Of a stretch of DNA of 35,769 bases, positions 10,683 through 20,713 are shown one piece after another (the first letter of the stretch is position 1; every line of letters starts with the position of its first letter). The translations under genes and the position numbers were made by a program. The stretch lies in the NCBI GenBank assembly GCA_000388065.2, contig KB932202.1. One strand, written 5' to 3'. The notes beneath the pieces were generated by a model. That model did not search any database, was not told the DNA's origin, and saw only the letters and a program-made list of their open reading frames with translations. This stretch comes from Fonticula alba ATCC 38817. Lineage: Eukaryota > Protista > Nucleariida.

Positions 10683-12847
10683 ATGAGCGGCATCGCTGAC
10701 GCTTTCCAGCCGGTCCCCAGTACGCCCCTCCCTGCATGCTTCCTTCCTCACCCCCCACTCCGCAGTCCGCGACCCCCCGCATCGGGGACACCTCCTGCCC
10801 TTTGCGCCCCCGGCTCTAACATCCCCCGCGCCCCTGTCCCCCCCCCCCCGCTCACACACACACACACACAGAGGCCGCCACCGAGGCCGTCATGGTCGCC
10901 TCCTCGGCCATCCCGGACGAGGCGGTCAAGGTCGCCGGGTATGAGTTCAACCAGGGTGTCGACTACGACCAGCTGTTCGCCTCCTTCGGCACCACCGGCT
11001 TCCAGGCCTGCCACTTCTCGGATGCCGTGCGCATCATCAACAAGATGCGCGCCTGGCGCCTGTCCGATGAGCCCATCAAGGAGGACGACTACGACGAGTT
11101 CGCCGACCCGGAGTTCCGCAAGAACTACCGCGCCAAGGTGTACCTGGCCTACACCAGCAACATGATCAGCTCCGGTGTGCGGGAGACCATCCGCTTCCTG
11201 GTCGAGCACAAGATGGTGGACGTCATCGTCTCCTCGGCCGGTGGTGTGGAGGAGGACATCATCAAGACCTTTGCCCACATGTACCTCGGCCGCTTCCAGA
11301 TGGACGACCGCCAGCTCCGCCGCGAGGGCCTCAACCGCCTGGGCAACCTGATCGTCCCGAACGACAACTACGTCAAGTGCGCCGCCCCCTGCTCTCTCCC
11401 GCTCCTTGCCATCCTGTGTCTTTTTTCTTCCTCCTTCCTGACCGCCCCTTGCGCGTGCCTCGGCCCTCCCGCCGCGGATTTCCCCTGCCCAGGTTCGAGG
11501 AGTGGGTCAACCCCATCCTCGACAAGATGGTCGACGAGCAGAAGGCCACCGGCGTCGTGTGGACCCCCTCCTCCATGATCCGCCGCCTGGGCCTGGAGCT
11601 GAACGACGACAGCTCGGTGCTCACCTGGGCCGCGCGCAATGACATCCCCATCTTCTGCCCCGCCCTGACCGACGGCTCCCTCGGCGACATGATCTACTTC
11701 CACAACTACCGCAAGCCCGGCCTTGTGGTGGACCTCGTTGGCGACATCCGCAAGATCAATGACTCCACCGTCTATGCCCGCAAGACCGGCATGATTGTCA
11801 TCGGTGGCGGTGTTGTCAAGCACCACACCCTCAATGCCAACCTCATGGTACGTGTCATGGGCCTCCTTCTTCCTGCCCCCTCTCGGCCATTCATACTTCC
11901 CTCGCTCGCTCGCTCTCTCTCTCTCTCCTTGCATTTGCTCCGCCGCGCTGCGTGCATCCGCCCATGCCCCGATCGGTGTCTGCCTTTGCTTGCCCCCGCC
12001 ACTGCCCTCCGATGACTGACCGGAATGCTCCTCCTTCCCTTCCCCCCCCCCCCCACACCCCGCCTGTGCCACTGCCCCTCCCGTCCTCCCCCCGCCCCCT
12101 TTCCCACCTCCGCCCCTTTCCCACCCCCGCCCCGGCCTCCCTGTCCTCCCTCCTGTGTGGCGACTGTAGGCCATGATCTCCGACCCCTCTCGGCGAAAGT
12201 GGCTGGCCGAGCTGTCTACTGAGGGCCTGGTGGCCCCGGACTTGCCTGATGCCCGGCTGCATTTGCCCCATTTGTGCAATGCGGGCCCGGCCATCTCCCC
12301 CTGGCGGGGGATGATGCCCCCCCCCCCCCCCCCCCCCGCACGCCCGCCCGCACACACCCCTGACGCACCCTCAGCGCAACGGTGCCGACTGGGCCGTCTT
12401 CCTCAACACCGCCCAGGAGTTCGATGGCTCTGATGCTGGTGCCCGCCCGGAGGAGGCCCTCTCTTGGGGTAAGGTCCGTCTGGACGCCGACTACGTCAAG
12501 ATCGTCGGTGACGCCTCTTTCTTCTTCCCGCTGCTTGTGTCGCAGACGTTCGCCAAGGACTTCAAGAAGAAGGCCGACGAGGAGAACACCGAGAAGAAGG
12601 CCCCGCCCGCCCGTCCGCCCGCCCCGCGGTGTGGTGGAACTGCCTGGGATGTGCGCGCGCCGCGCCTCCCCCCCCCCCCGGTGCCCGGGGCGCGCAGTTG
12701 GGAGGAGCCCCCCTCGACCGAGGGCGGCCGTGTGCCGCCGGCACCGTGGGCACATGCAGCAGGATGGGCCGCCCCCGCCGGCCGGCAGCGGGCGCGGCTG
12801 TGCCCGGGGTGCATGCATCCCCCCGCCGGGCCGGACCCGATGAGTAA
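10683..12847 (+). CDS. DHPS: Deoxyhypusine synthase (eIF5A hypusination); 3' end uncertain
   Basis: Exons 10683-10719, 10872-11376, 11493-11847, 12375->~12612 splice in frame. Motifs: [80 protein letters not shown] (catalytic Lys kept), GDAS. No stop follows exon 4. The end at 12847 assumes an unverified terminal intron 12613-12788. Confidence 0.95.
12169..12253 (+). ncRNA. Candidate intronic box C/D snoRNA
   Basis: Non-repetitive island within DHPS intron 3 (11848-12374). Degenerate box C ATGATCT at 12173, CTGA at 12219 and 12246, short terminal stems, internal hairpin CTCGGC/GCCGAG. The 19 nt before the second CTGA are largely complementary to the conserved 18S segment GCAAGUCUGGUGCCAGCAG. 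Confidence 0.45.
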
Positions 12848-13682
12848 TTTCCTGGGCTGCCGCCCTCTCGCCTGCACTCCCGGGTTGTCGGGCCTGGCAA
12901 TCACACCGCGGCAGCTGTCTCTCCCCTGGCGCGCGGCGCCGGCCAGGGCGTCCCCCGGCCTCGTATGTGGCCCGCGCACGGCCGGCCGGGACAAGGGGGG
13001 GAGGGACGGACCGAGGCGCGGACATGCGGGGCAGGTTGGAGCGCGTGCGCGCACACCACGCGCATGCGCGTGTGCCGGGCCGCTCCCACCCCCGACACCC
13101 GACCGCGCGCCCTGGTTGTCAAAGGGGCCGGCCGCAATGCCGGGCGATCCGGCCCGCCCCTCCCTCCCCGGCCGGGGCGACAGCCGGGCGCGGCCGGCCG
13201 GCCAGCCATATGGGGCCGGGCGCGGAGGGGGGTCCCGCGCGCAGCCGCAGTGTTGGCGGGGCACAATCGATGCCCCCCCCCCCCCCGGGCACCGGTGTTG
13301 GGGGAGAGGGGGGATGATATGCCCCGCGCGCCCCTCTCTCTCTCCCTCTCTCTCCCCTGGCTCGTCGGGTCGCCCCCTGCCGCGCCCCCCCCGCGCCGGC
13401 GCCGACCGCCGACCGCCGACATCCTATGAGCGCACTGCTAACGGCCCCCCGGTCGCCGCCCCGGCGCAGGGCGCGTGTCTCACCTTGACCGGGGACCCCC
13501 CGCACATGGGGGGGGGGCGAGCGCGATGCAGCGTCGCGGCCCGCCCCGGCCTGTTCCCCCCCCTCCCCACCCCGGGATTGCCCCTGGATACGAGAGCAGG
13601 GCGTGGAATCGGGCCGGACCGGCCCTCGTCCGCCCCCCTCGCGAGGCCGGCCACGGTGCGCGGCGCTGGGCTCCGCCGGAGC

Positions 13683-13687
13683 AAAAA
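13683..13687 (-). terminator. RNA polymerase III T-run terminator of tRNA-His
   Basis: TTTTT on the minus strand 5 nt downstream of the discriminator base. Confidence 0.75.
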
Positions 13688-13692
13688 GCAAG

Positions 13693-13764
13693 TGTGGATA
13701 CCCAGAATCGAACTGGGGCCGAGTGGGCCACAACCACTTATACTAACCACTATACGATATCCAC
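13693..13764 (-). tRNA. tRNA-His (GUG), intronless
   Basis: GTGGATA TC GTAT AGTGGTTA GTAT A AGTGG TTGTGGC CCACT CGGC CCCAG TTCGATT CTGGG TATCCAC A: perfect 7-bp acceptor stem, 5-bp anticodon stem, 5-bp T stem; anticodon GTG at 13731-13729; A and B boxes intact. Confidence 0.97.
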
Positions 13765-14593
13765 ACGTAATTGGGTCTCCCATGCCGCCGAGGCGCATTT
13801 AAAGCTTCCTGCCGGGGGACCGCGCGGGGGCCGGCCCCGCCCTCGGGCGCCTGTTGCGTCGCTGCCCGCCCCCCGGTGCGCGTGCGTCGGGCGGGGACGC
13901 ACTTCGCCGGTCCCCGCCGGAGGGCCCCCTCTCGCTCCCCGTCCAAACTGCTCGGCTTTCCTGTTTTTCGCCCGGGCCAGGCGCCGGTCTCCGAGGTCGC
14001 GGCGGCGGGGCGGGGCGGGGGGGGGGGGGGCGCCCAGCCCGGCGCGCCCGGAGAGAGTGACCAAGCGAGGGAGAGAGAGATCATAACACACCCTTCGAGG
14101 GATGCGCCCTCCCGTCCATGGAAGTCCCCTGCCCGGGCCCGCCGCTCGGCCCGCCCTGCAGCTGACCCGGCGGATCACAGGGCTACTTCAGAACGGCCGC
14201 GAGATCGCCGCCGCGGGCTTAATTACGTCGGGTCTTTGGCCGGCGCCTCGGCCAAAACACGTGTCGGGAGGCATGATACAGGAGCGCCGTTTCCTGGGGC
14301 CCGGCCCCGGCGCCCGGCGGCCAGCCCGGCGCCGGAGGCGAGGGCCCCCCTCCGCGCGGACGCAGGTGCCCGCCGCCCGGCGTACGCCCTCTGACGCGCG
14401 TGCCCGCTCTTGGCCGCGCCCGCCGGTCGCAGCGAGCGCCGGCGCACCGCNNNNNNNNNNGATGCCATGCTTTTATGCACACAGCGCAGAGCCGGCGCAA
14501 GAAACGAGGACGGCGAAAGGGGGGGGGAGGGAGAGCCCCCCTCCGTTCCAGGAACCCGGCCAGGGCTGGGCAAGGAGGGGAGGGTCCTCGGTG

Positions 14594-14594
<1 letters not shown>

Positions 14595-14650
<56 letters not shown>
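14595..14650 (+). repeat. (CA)28 microsatellite
   Basis: Uninterrupted CA dinucleotide run starting 7 nt past the acyl-CoA dehydrogenase stop; reads (GU)n in that transcript. Confidence 0.95.
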
Positions 14651-14653
<3 letters not shown>

Positions 14654-14657
14654 CATC

Positions 14658-17144
14658 TCAGCCGTGCATCGGCTGCCCGAAGACCAGCACGGAGTCGGCG
14701 TTCATGCGCTGGAGCTCCCACTCCTCCGGCTGGGAGGCAGTCTCCTCGGTCATCGGGTGCAGGCTGCCGAGGCGCTCGCTGTCAAGCAGCTCCTGGCCCA
14801 GAATATCCTCCACCGTGTGGCCGGTCCATCGCAGGGCAGCTTCAACATCGCGCTCGCGCTGGAAAGCATTCGGGACAAATGGAAGCGATGACCGAGCAGG
14901 GAGGTAGCGAGATAGAGAGAGAGAGAGAGAGAGAGGGGGTGTGAGAACAAAACAATACGTCGAGCGGCGGAAGGCCAGGCAGGCGAGTGTACGGAAGGGG
15001 AACGCACGCCGCTCCACTGGCCACCAACGCTGGCAGCTGCCACATCCACCAGGCAGGCCGACGACACGAGGCGGCCGATGGCCATGGCGAAGGCCTGGGC
15101 ACGGGCCTCGAAAGTGGGTGACCTACCAAGGGGGAGGAGGAAACAAAGCGAGACAGAGTGAGAGAGAGAGAGAGGGACAGAGGGAGGGACAGAGGAGGGA
15201 CAGGAGAGGTGAAGCGGAAATGAAAACAGCCAAAGGAGGTTGTCAGCGCATGCATGCATTCTCAGACGGCCACCCTGGCTCAAGGCAGAGCAGAACTCGC
15301 TCCCGCCCCTTTGGCAGCAAGGAGAGCACCATGGCACGTACATGGCATGCGATGATAGGTCGCGCAGACGCGAAGCCGACTGACGGCACAGCTGGGCGGC
15401 GACGGCCAGGGTGTCGGTCTCCGGGGTGCAGTGGTTGAGGGCACGCTCGGTCAAGCGCTCGACATACTGCTCCAGGGCGGTCATCATCAGGACCGGGACG
15501 CCGCCCCGGCGGAGGACGCGCACCACATCGGCCGAGAGCACATCGGCCGTGCCCTCCCAAATGGTGCCGACCTGGGTGTCGCGCAGGTACCGGGCCATGC
15601 CGTTGGTCTCAATGTAGCCGGCCCCGCCGAAGGCCTCGACACTGGCCTGGCAGGCCTGGGTCCCGAGCCGGGCCGCGTACATCTTGACCACCGGGGTCAG
15701 CAGGCGCAGGACCGCCTCATCGACACGCTGGTCCGGGGACAGGCTGACGGCCGGCCGGCCGTCGCGCATTGGGATCTGCTCCGTGCGCCCGAGCAGGGCA
15801 GCCACCTCGAAGACGAAGGCCGACGCCGCCCGGGTGGTAACCTCGTTCCGGGCGAGGGCGCGCGCGTGCGCCGGCAGCCGGGCGATCGGCACCCCGAAGG
15901 CCTTGCGCACCTTGCTGAAGCCGATGGCGCGCAGGTGGGCCCGGCGCGAGCTGGCCGCACATTGCATGGCCGTGTAGAGCCGGGTAATGGTCAGCACCGG
16001 GGAAATGGAGGCCACGCCGCGGCCTGGGGCGCCAATCTTTGTCCCGGCGATAGGGGGGGGGGGCATTTGTGTTGTCCAGTGGGGCGGTTAGGGAGGTGGG
16101 CAGGTGGAGGCACAAGGGAGAGAGAGGGGGGCGGGGGGGGGGGGGGGGGGGCGGAGAGAGGCATGGGGAGGTGTTTTTCTTTTCGGCGGAGCAGCAGCAG
16201 GGCCACTGCGGCAAGCGTGGCCCCTGCCCAATGGCGTCGGCCGAGAGGGTGGGCCCGGCGGGACACGAGGAAGGAGGGCAGGGGCAAGGGGAAACCTACC
16301 ATGCGAGCGCGGGTGCCCGACAGCCGGAGCTCGGCTGTGGGCAGGGCCCGGGTGCCGAGCTTGTCCTTCAGCCGCAGGATACGGATGCCATTCAGCGGGA
16401 GGTCATCCTCGTGGTCGATGGTCACCGCAGCCAGGTCGCCCTCCAGGCCGGAGGTACCTTCGATGGCACAGCTGTCGACCGAGGAGAGGCAGGGCCCGGG
16501 CGAGTCCCAGGGGGACTGCCCGGGCGAGGTGGCCGCCGGCTTGGCCGAGGTCGGGCACATGGCGCGCACCTCCTCCGAGGCGGGCGTCTCGCTTGGAAGG
16601 CGCACCGGCGTCAGGAAGAGGGACAGCCCACGCGAGCCGCGCACCACGTCGCCGGTCTCCGGGTCGCGAGCACGCGCCAGGACCATGGCCACATCGGAAT
16701 CGGTGGCGCTGCTGAACCACTTGAGCCCGTGCAAGCTCCAAGGAAGTGCTGGAGGGACAGGGGACAGAGGGAGAGGGTCCAAAGTGAGCACCAGCGAACG
16801 GCTGACACAGGGACTGCCCGGCAGGAGACCAGCCCAAGTGGTGGAGGTGCAAGGGAGAAATGAAAACCGCACATACCCTCGTGGAGCTGGGACGTGGGCT
16901 CGGTGTCCAGCATGGCCTCGGTCTCGGTATTGCCAACATCCGAACCGCCGGGACGCTCGGTCATCCACTGGCCGCTGGTCCAGAAGACGTCCGGATCCCG
17001 GGAGGTCAGCCTGGGGAAGATGTGCTCTGGCATGGGCGGAGGGGCAAGAAAAAGGAAGGGACAGACCGCGAGGGCCACGGTCAATACAGGTGCAGCGGCC
17101 CACTGCCCGCTCGAGAGCCCGGACAGGCTAAGCAATAACAACAA

Positions 17145-17188
<44 letters not shown>

Positions 17189-18311
17189 AACAGCCAGACA
17201 CGTACTCTTCATGTCATCGTCGCCAAAGAGCTCGATGGCCCGAGCCGCGCCGTCGGTCATGGCCAACGGGCATGCATAGATGGCCGTGTCGGGGCTGAAG
17301 AGGAAGAGCTAGCAGCGCGATGGCATCCGGCCACAGGCCGCCGGCGAGAACCATTAGCCGCAGGCTGCAGAATGCCCCATAGGGAAGGGGCCACGGGCAG
17401 AGGGAAAAAGGGGGGGAAAAAAAAACACCAGAGCGACGGCCCAACGTACACGAGCCATTTGCAGGACACGGGCCGCGGCGCCCAGGCGCTCCCGGTCCGC
17501 GCCGTATGCCACACTGACGATGCCCTCGAGGGAGCTTTGCCGGCGGAGCTCGCGCCATGCCGACGACGTGACGAGCCGGTCCACACGCCGGCCGCGCGCG
17601 TCATGCGACATCACATACGGCTCATTGGCCTCGGCGGAGGCACCCAAGCGAGCCAGCGGCCCGATGGCCTTGGTGCCGAGGTGGCAAAGGTTCTCGTAAA
17701 ACTCGGCCATATGCTTCTCGGGGGTGTGCTGAAAAGATGGATGCATGCGTGAGCGAGCGAGTGAACAAGCGTGTGCGTAGGAGCCCCGAGAAAGGGCACA
17801 GACACAGCAGCATCGGTGGAGGGTGGGCAGGAAAAAAAGGAAAAAAGAAAGGCTCCCCGCCACAGTGGCACCGGCGCACCCGACGAATGATGTTTCGCAG
17901 GCCGCTGTCCCCGGCGAAGGGGTGATCCACTTGGTAGGCCTCCTGAATGAAGCCGGCCGTGTCCGGATCGAAGCTGTACCCATCGCCATTGACCACGGAT
18001 CGGGGCTTCTCCACGCCGGCCAGAGACGGATGGAAGCGGTGGTGCAGGACCGAGGCGCGCGAGGACCAGGAAGAGGAGACGGAAGGCCGGAGGCCGCCAT
18101 CGGCCGGGGTCTCGGCGCTCGTGCCTCCGGTGCTGGTCAACTGGATGATCTGCTGCGGCCGGAAGTGCTCCCAAGGGGTGGACTTTGGCGGGCTGGTGCT
18201 CGAATCGCGGGAATACTCCCGGCGGGTGGCCAGCGTCACGGCCAAGGTGACCGGCGGGAGCAGGTGCTTAACTGCGGTGCGCCGTGCGGCAAAGGTCGCG
18301 GCAAGCATCAT
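14658..18311 (-). CDS. Acyl-CoA dehydrogenase, AidB/acdh-11-like (~807 aa; 8 exons)
   Basis: Exons 18311-17880, 17728-17450, 17308-17206, 17026-16877, 16748-16300, 16036-15342, 15122-15008, 14858-14658 splice in frame (2424 nt). AidB-type motifs: CPLAMTDGAA, WTSGQWMTERPGGSDV, LHGLKWFSSA, RLKDKLGTRALPTAEL, EAFGGAGYIE, RDTQVGTIWEGT (catalytic Glu). Confidence 0.9.
17148..17186 (+). repeat. (CAG)13 trinucleotide repeat, intronic
   Basis: Lies within acyl-CoA dehydrogenase intron 17205-17027, preceded by (CAA)n. Confidence 0.9.
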
Positions 18312-18770
18312 TGACAAGGGGCGAAGAGAAGGCGACGGCCGGGGAGGGGAGGGGGGACGGGCGAGGGGAGGGCGGCGCGCTCACACGAAGACGCGCTGCA
18401 CGTGGGCCAAGGGGGTAGACCGGAAGGAGTGCTGAGGGGAGAGAGAGAGAGAGAGGGGGGGGGGTGGGGGCGGCGGGGGCAGGGCAGGAGGGAAGAGGCG
18501 GGCGGGCGGGCGGGCGGGCAGCGGAACAGGAGACGGCCTTGCGCGGGGGACATGTGCGTGCAGGAATGGATGGAAAAAAATGCACATATGTCTGGGGAGG
18601 CGCGGCAAAAGCACAGGCCCGGAGCCGGCGCCTCGGCCCGGCCTGGCCCGGCCGATCACAGTCCCCTGGGCCTGGCACTCGACAGGGAGATCAAAACAAA
18701 CTAGACGCCAGAGGAGCAAGCATGCCCTTGTGGCTTGCGGCGAGATCTCCCCCACTCGCGCCCATGTTCC

Positions 18771-18812
<42 letters not shown>

Positions 18813-20713
18813 GGGAGAGAGAGACCTCCAGCAGCCTGGGCGCGCACGCTGTTGGCCCCTTCTCAACCGCTTGACACATCCGGCAAGGGGGCCCCTGGGG
18901 CCCACCGAAGGGGGGGGGGGGCCTGGACATGCTACTCACCGGGAGCACGGGCATGCAAGCGAGAGGAAGGCTCCCGGGCGGCATCATGCCACCGTCCTTC
19001 AAACTACCGGGGGCGCCAGGACGGATGGACGGGAGATTGGCCGCGGAAAAGGCACCAGCACCGCACCCCCCTTCAGGCGGTGAGGTTTTCACATTGCCCG
19101 CCCTGCGGGCCACATTTCCGAGCCCCCTGCCGCAACAGATGGGGAGAGTTGGTCTGTGTGAGCATGTGACCGTACACGTTACTTCGCCCCTGGGTGCTGA
19201 CCAGTTGTGGGGGAGGCGGACTCCCCCGCCAGGCCTGACAGCTGTCTGGCCTGGCGCGATCCGCCGCCGAAACCAGCCCGGCCTCCTGGGTGGTTGCCGG
19301 GGCCGGGCGCCGATGAGGGCGCGGAGCCCATGCGTGCCATGGCGACCGAGATGGCAATCGCCATGAGGGCCTGGGCCCTGAGCAAGGTGCCAAAGATGGC
19401 CCCAGTTAACAGAGCTGCCAAGCGGGCGGAGAGGGCGCCCAGGGTCGGGGGGGGGGGGGGGGGGGGNNNNNNNNNNNNNNNNNNNNNNNNNNNNNNNNNN
19501 NNNNNNNNNNNNNNNNNNNNNNNNNNNNNNNNNNNNNNNNNNNNNNNNNNNNNNNNNNNNNNNNNNNNNNNNNNNNNNNNNNNNNNNNNNNNNNNNNNNN
19601 NNNNNNNNNNNNNNNNCCCCCCCCCCCCCCTTGTGCGGTGGAGGATCTTGGAGCCGCTCCAGCTGCTCGGGGGTTATTTAAGCACCGACAGCGGGCCGGG
19701 GCGCCGGGGCGCATCCCGGCTCAGCCCCCTCCGCAAGTCACATCCTTCCATCGCCACCCCCACCAGTCGCCCAGCACCCCGCCCCTCATTCACAGACACG
19801 CGGAGCACGCACCGCGCCAGCCCTCACAGCCACCCTTGCACCGCTTTCTATCCGCTCGACCATCTGGACCCCAGAGGGATCCTGCCCTTGGCCGCCCTCG
19901 CCAGGTGTCCCGGTCTCGCGCCTCGGCCCATTGCCCAGGTACGCTTGAGCATATTGCTGGGCATCGGAGCCTCGCGCTCGGAAAGCGGCAAGACGCCACT
20001 GCCCCAGTAGATGCCTTGCTGGGCCCAAAGACTCACATGCTCCTCGCCCTGCCCTCGCGCGCCTCTTCCCCAACTCTCCCCTCTCGGGCACCCGCCCAGC
20101 GCTCGGTCCGCCACTCCGCGAGGTGCTCGAAAAAGGGAAGTAACAACAGCTCAGCTTGGTTGAACAGCGGCCGATCTGCCATCCCAGCACCGCCCCGAGG
20201 AACGGTCACGTGCCGTGACTTCTGCACTCCAAGAAGCGCCTTCCAACGGAAGGCTGGCCCCGCGCCGGCACACGCGTCCCGCGCCGCTCATAACAACACC
20301 GCCGCCGCCGCCGCCGCCGCCGTCGTCGTCGCCGCCGCCGTCTCCGCTGCAGGCACCCCTCCCCGAGGAGGCGGGGGAATACAAACACCGAAAGTCGGGC
20401 CCCAGCCGACCGGGCACATTTCCCGGCGCCAGCTCACGCCGCCCCTGGTGGGGTGCCATATCACACCTCCCGCCCCAAACTCCATCCCAACCGGAACAGG
20501 GCCGCGGGCAGCTCGCGAGCGAAGGCACCCGAGCCGTGTGACGCCAGCGCACATCGGGAAATCGGGAAAGAGAAAGAGAGAGAGGAAGAGAGAGAGAGAG
20601 ACGTGGAAACAACCCACCAAGCCAGATCTCGTCTGTTGTTCCCCCCCCACCCCCCCCCCCCTGACCGGGCGGCCAATCGGTCCGGTTCGTCACAGACGCG
20701 CGGACCCGACAAT

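Noticed and set aside
12173-12222. ATGA...AAA...TGA read as a SECIS element or intronic TPP riboswitch
   Set aside because: Spacing does not fit SECIS, it is intronic, and the TPP core (CUGAGA; UGAU..AAU..AGCG) is missing.
14119-14223. GGAAGTCCCC ... GGGCT resembling the RNase P/MRP P4 pseudoknot
   Set aside because: Spacing of ~55-90 nt is too short for P or MRP RNA and other conserved regions are absent; kept only as a generic hairpin lead.
16611-17201. Apparent signal-peptide poly-Leu ORF (MSGCWLLLLLL...)
   Set aside because: It is translation of the intronic (CTG)n repeat; proper splice sites flank it.
19447-19630. G20 and C14 runs flanking a gap, like an inverted repeat or element ends
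   Set aside because: Homopolymers flank several gaps here and are best explained as sequencing drop-out points; no TSD or transposase evidence.
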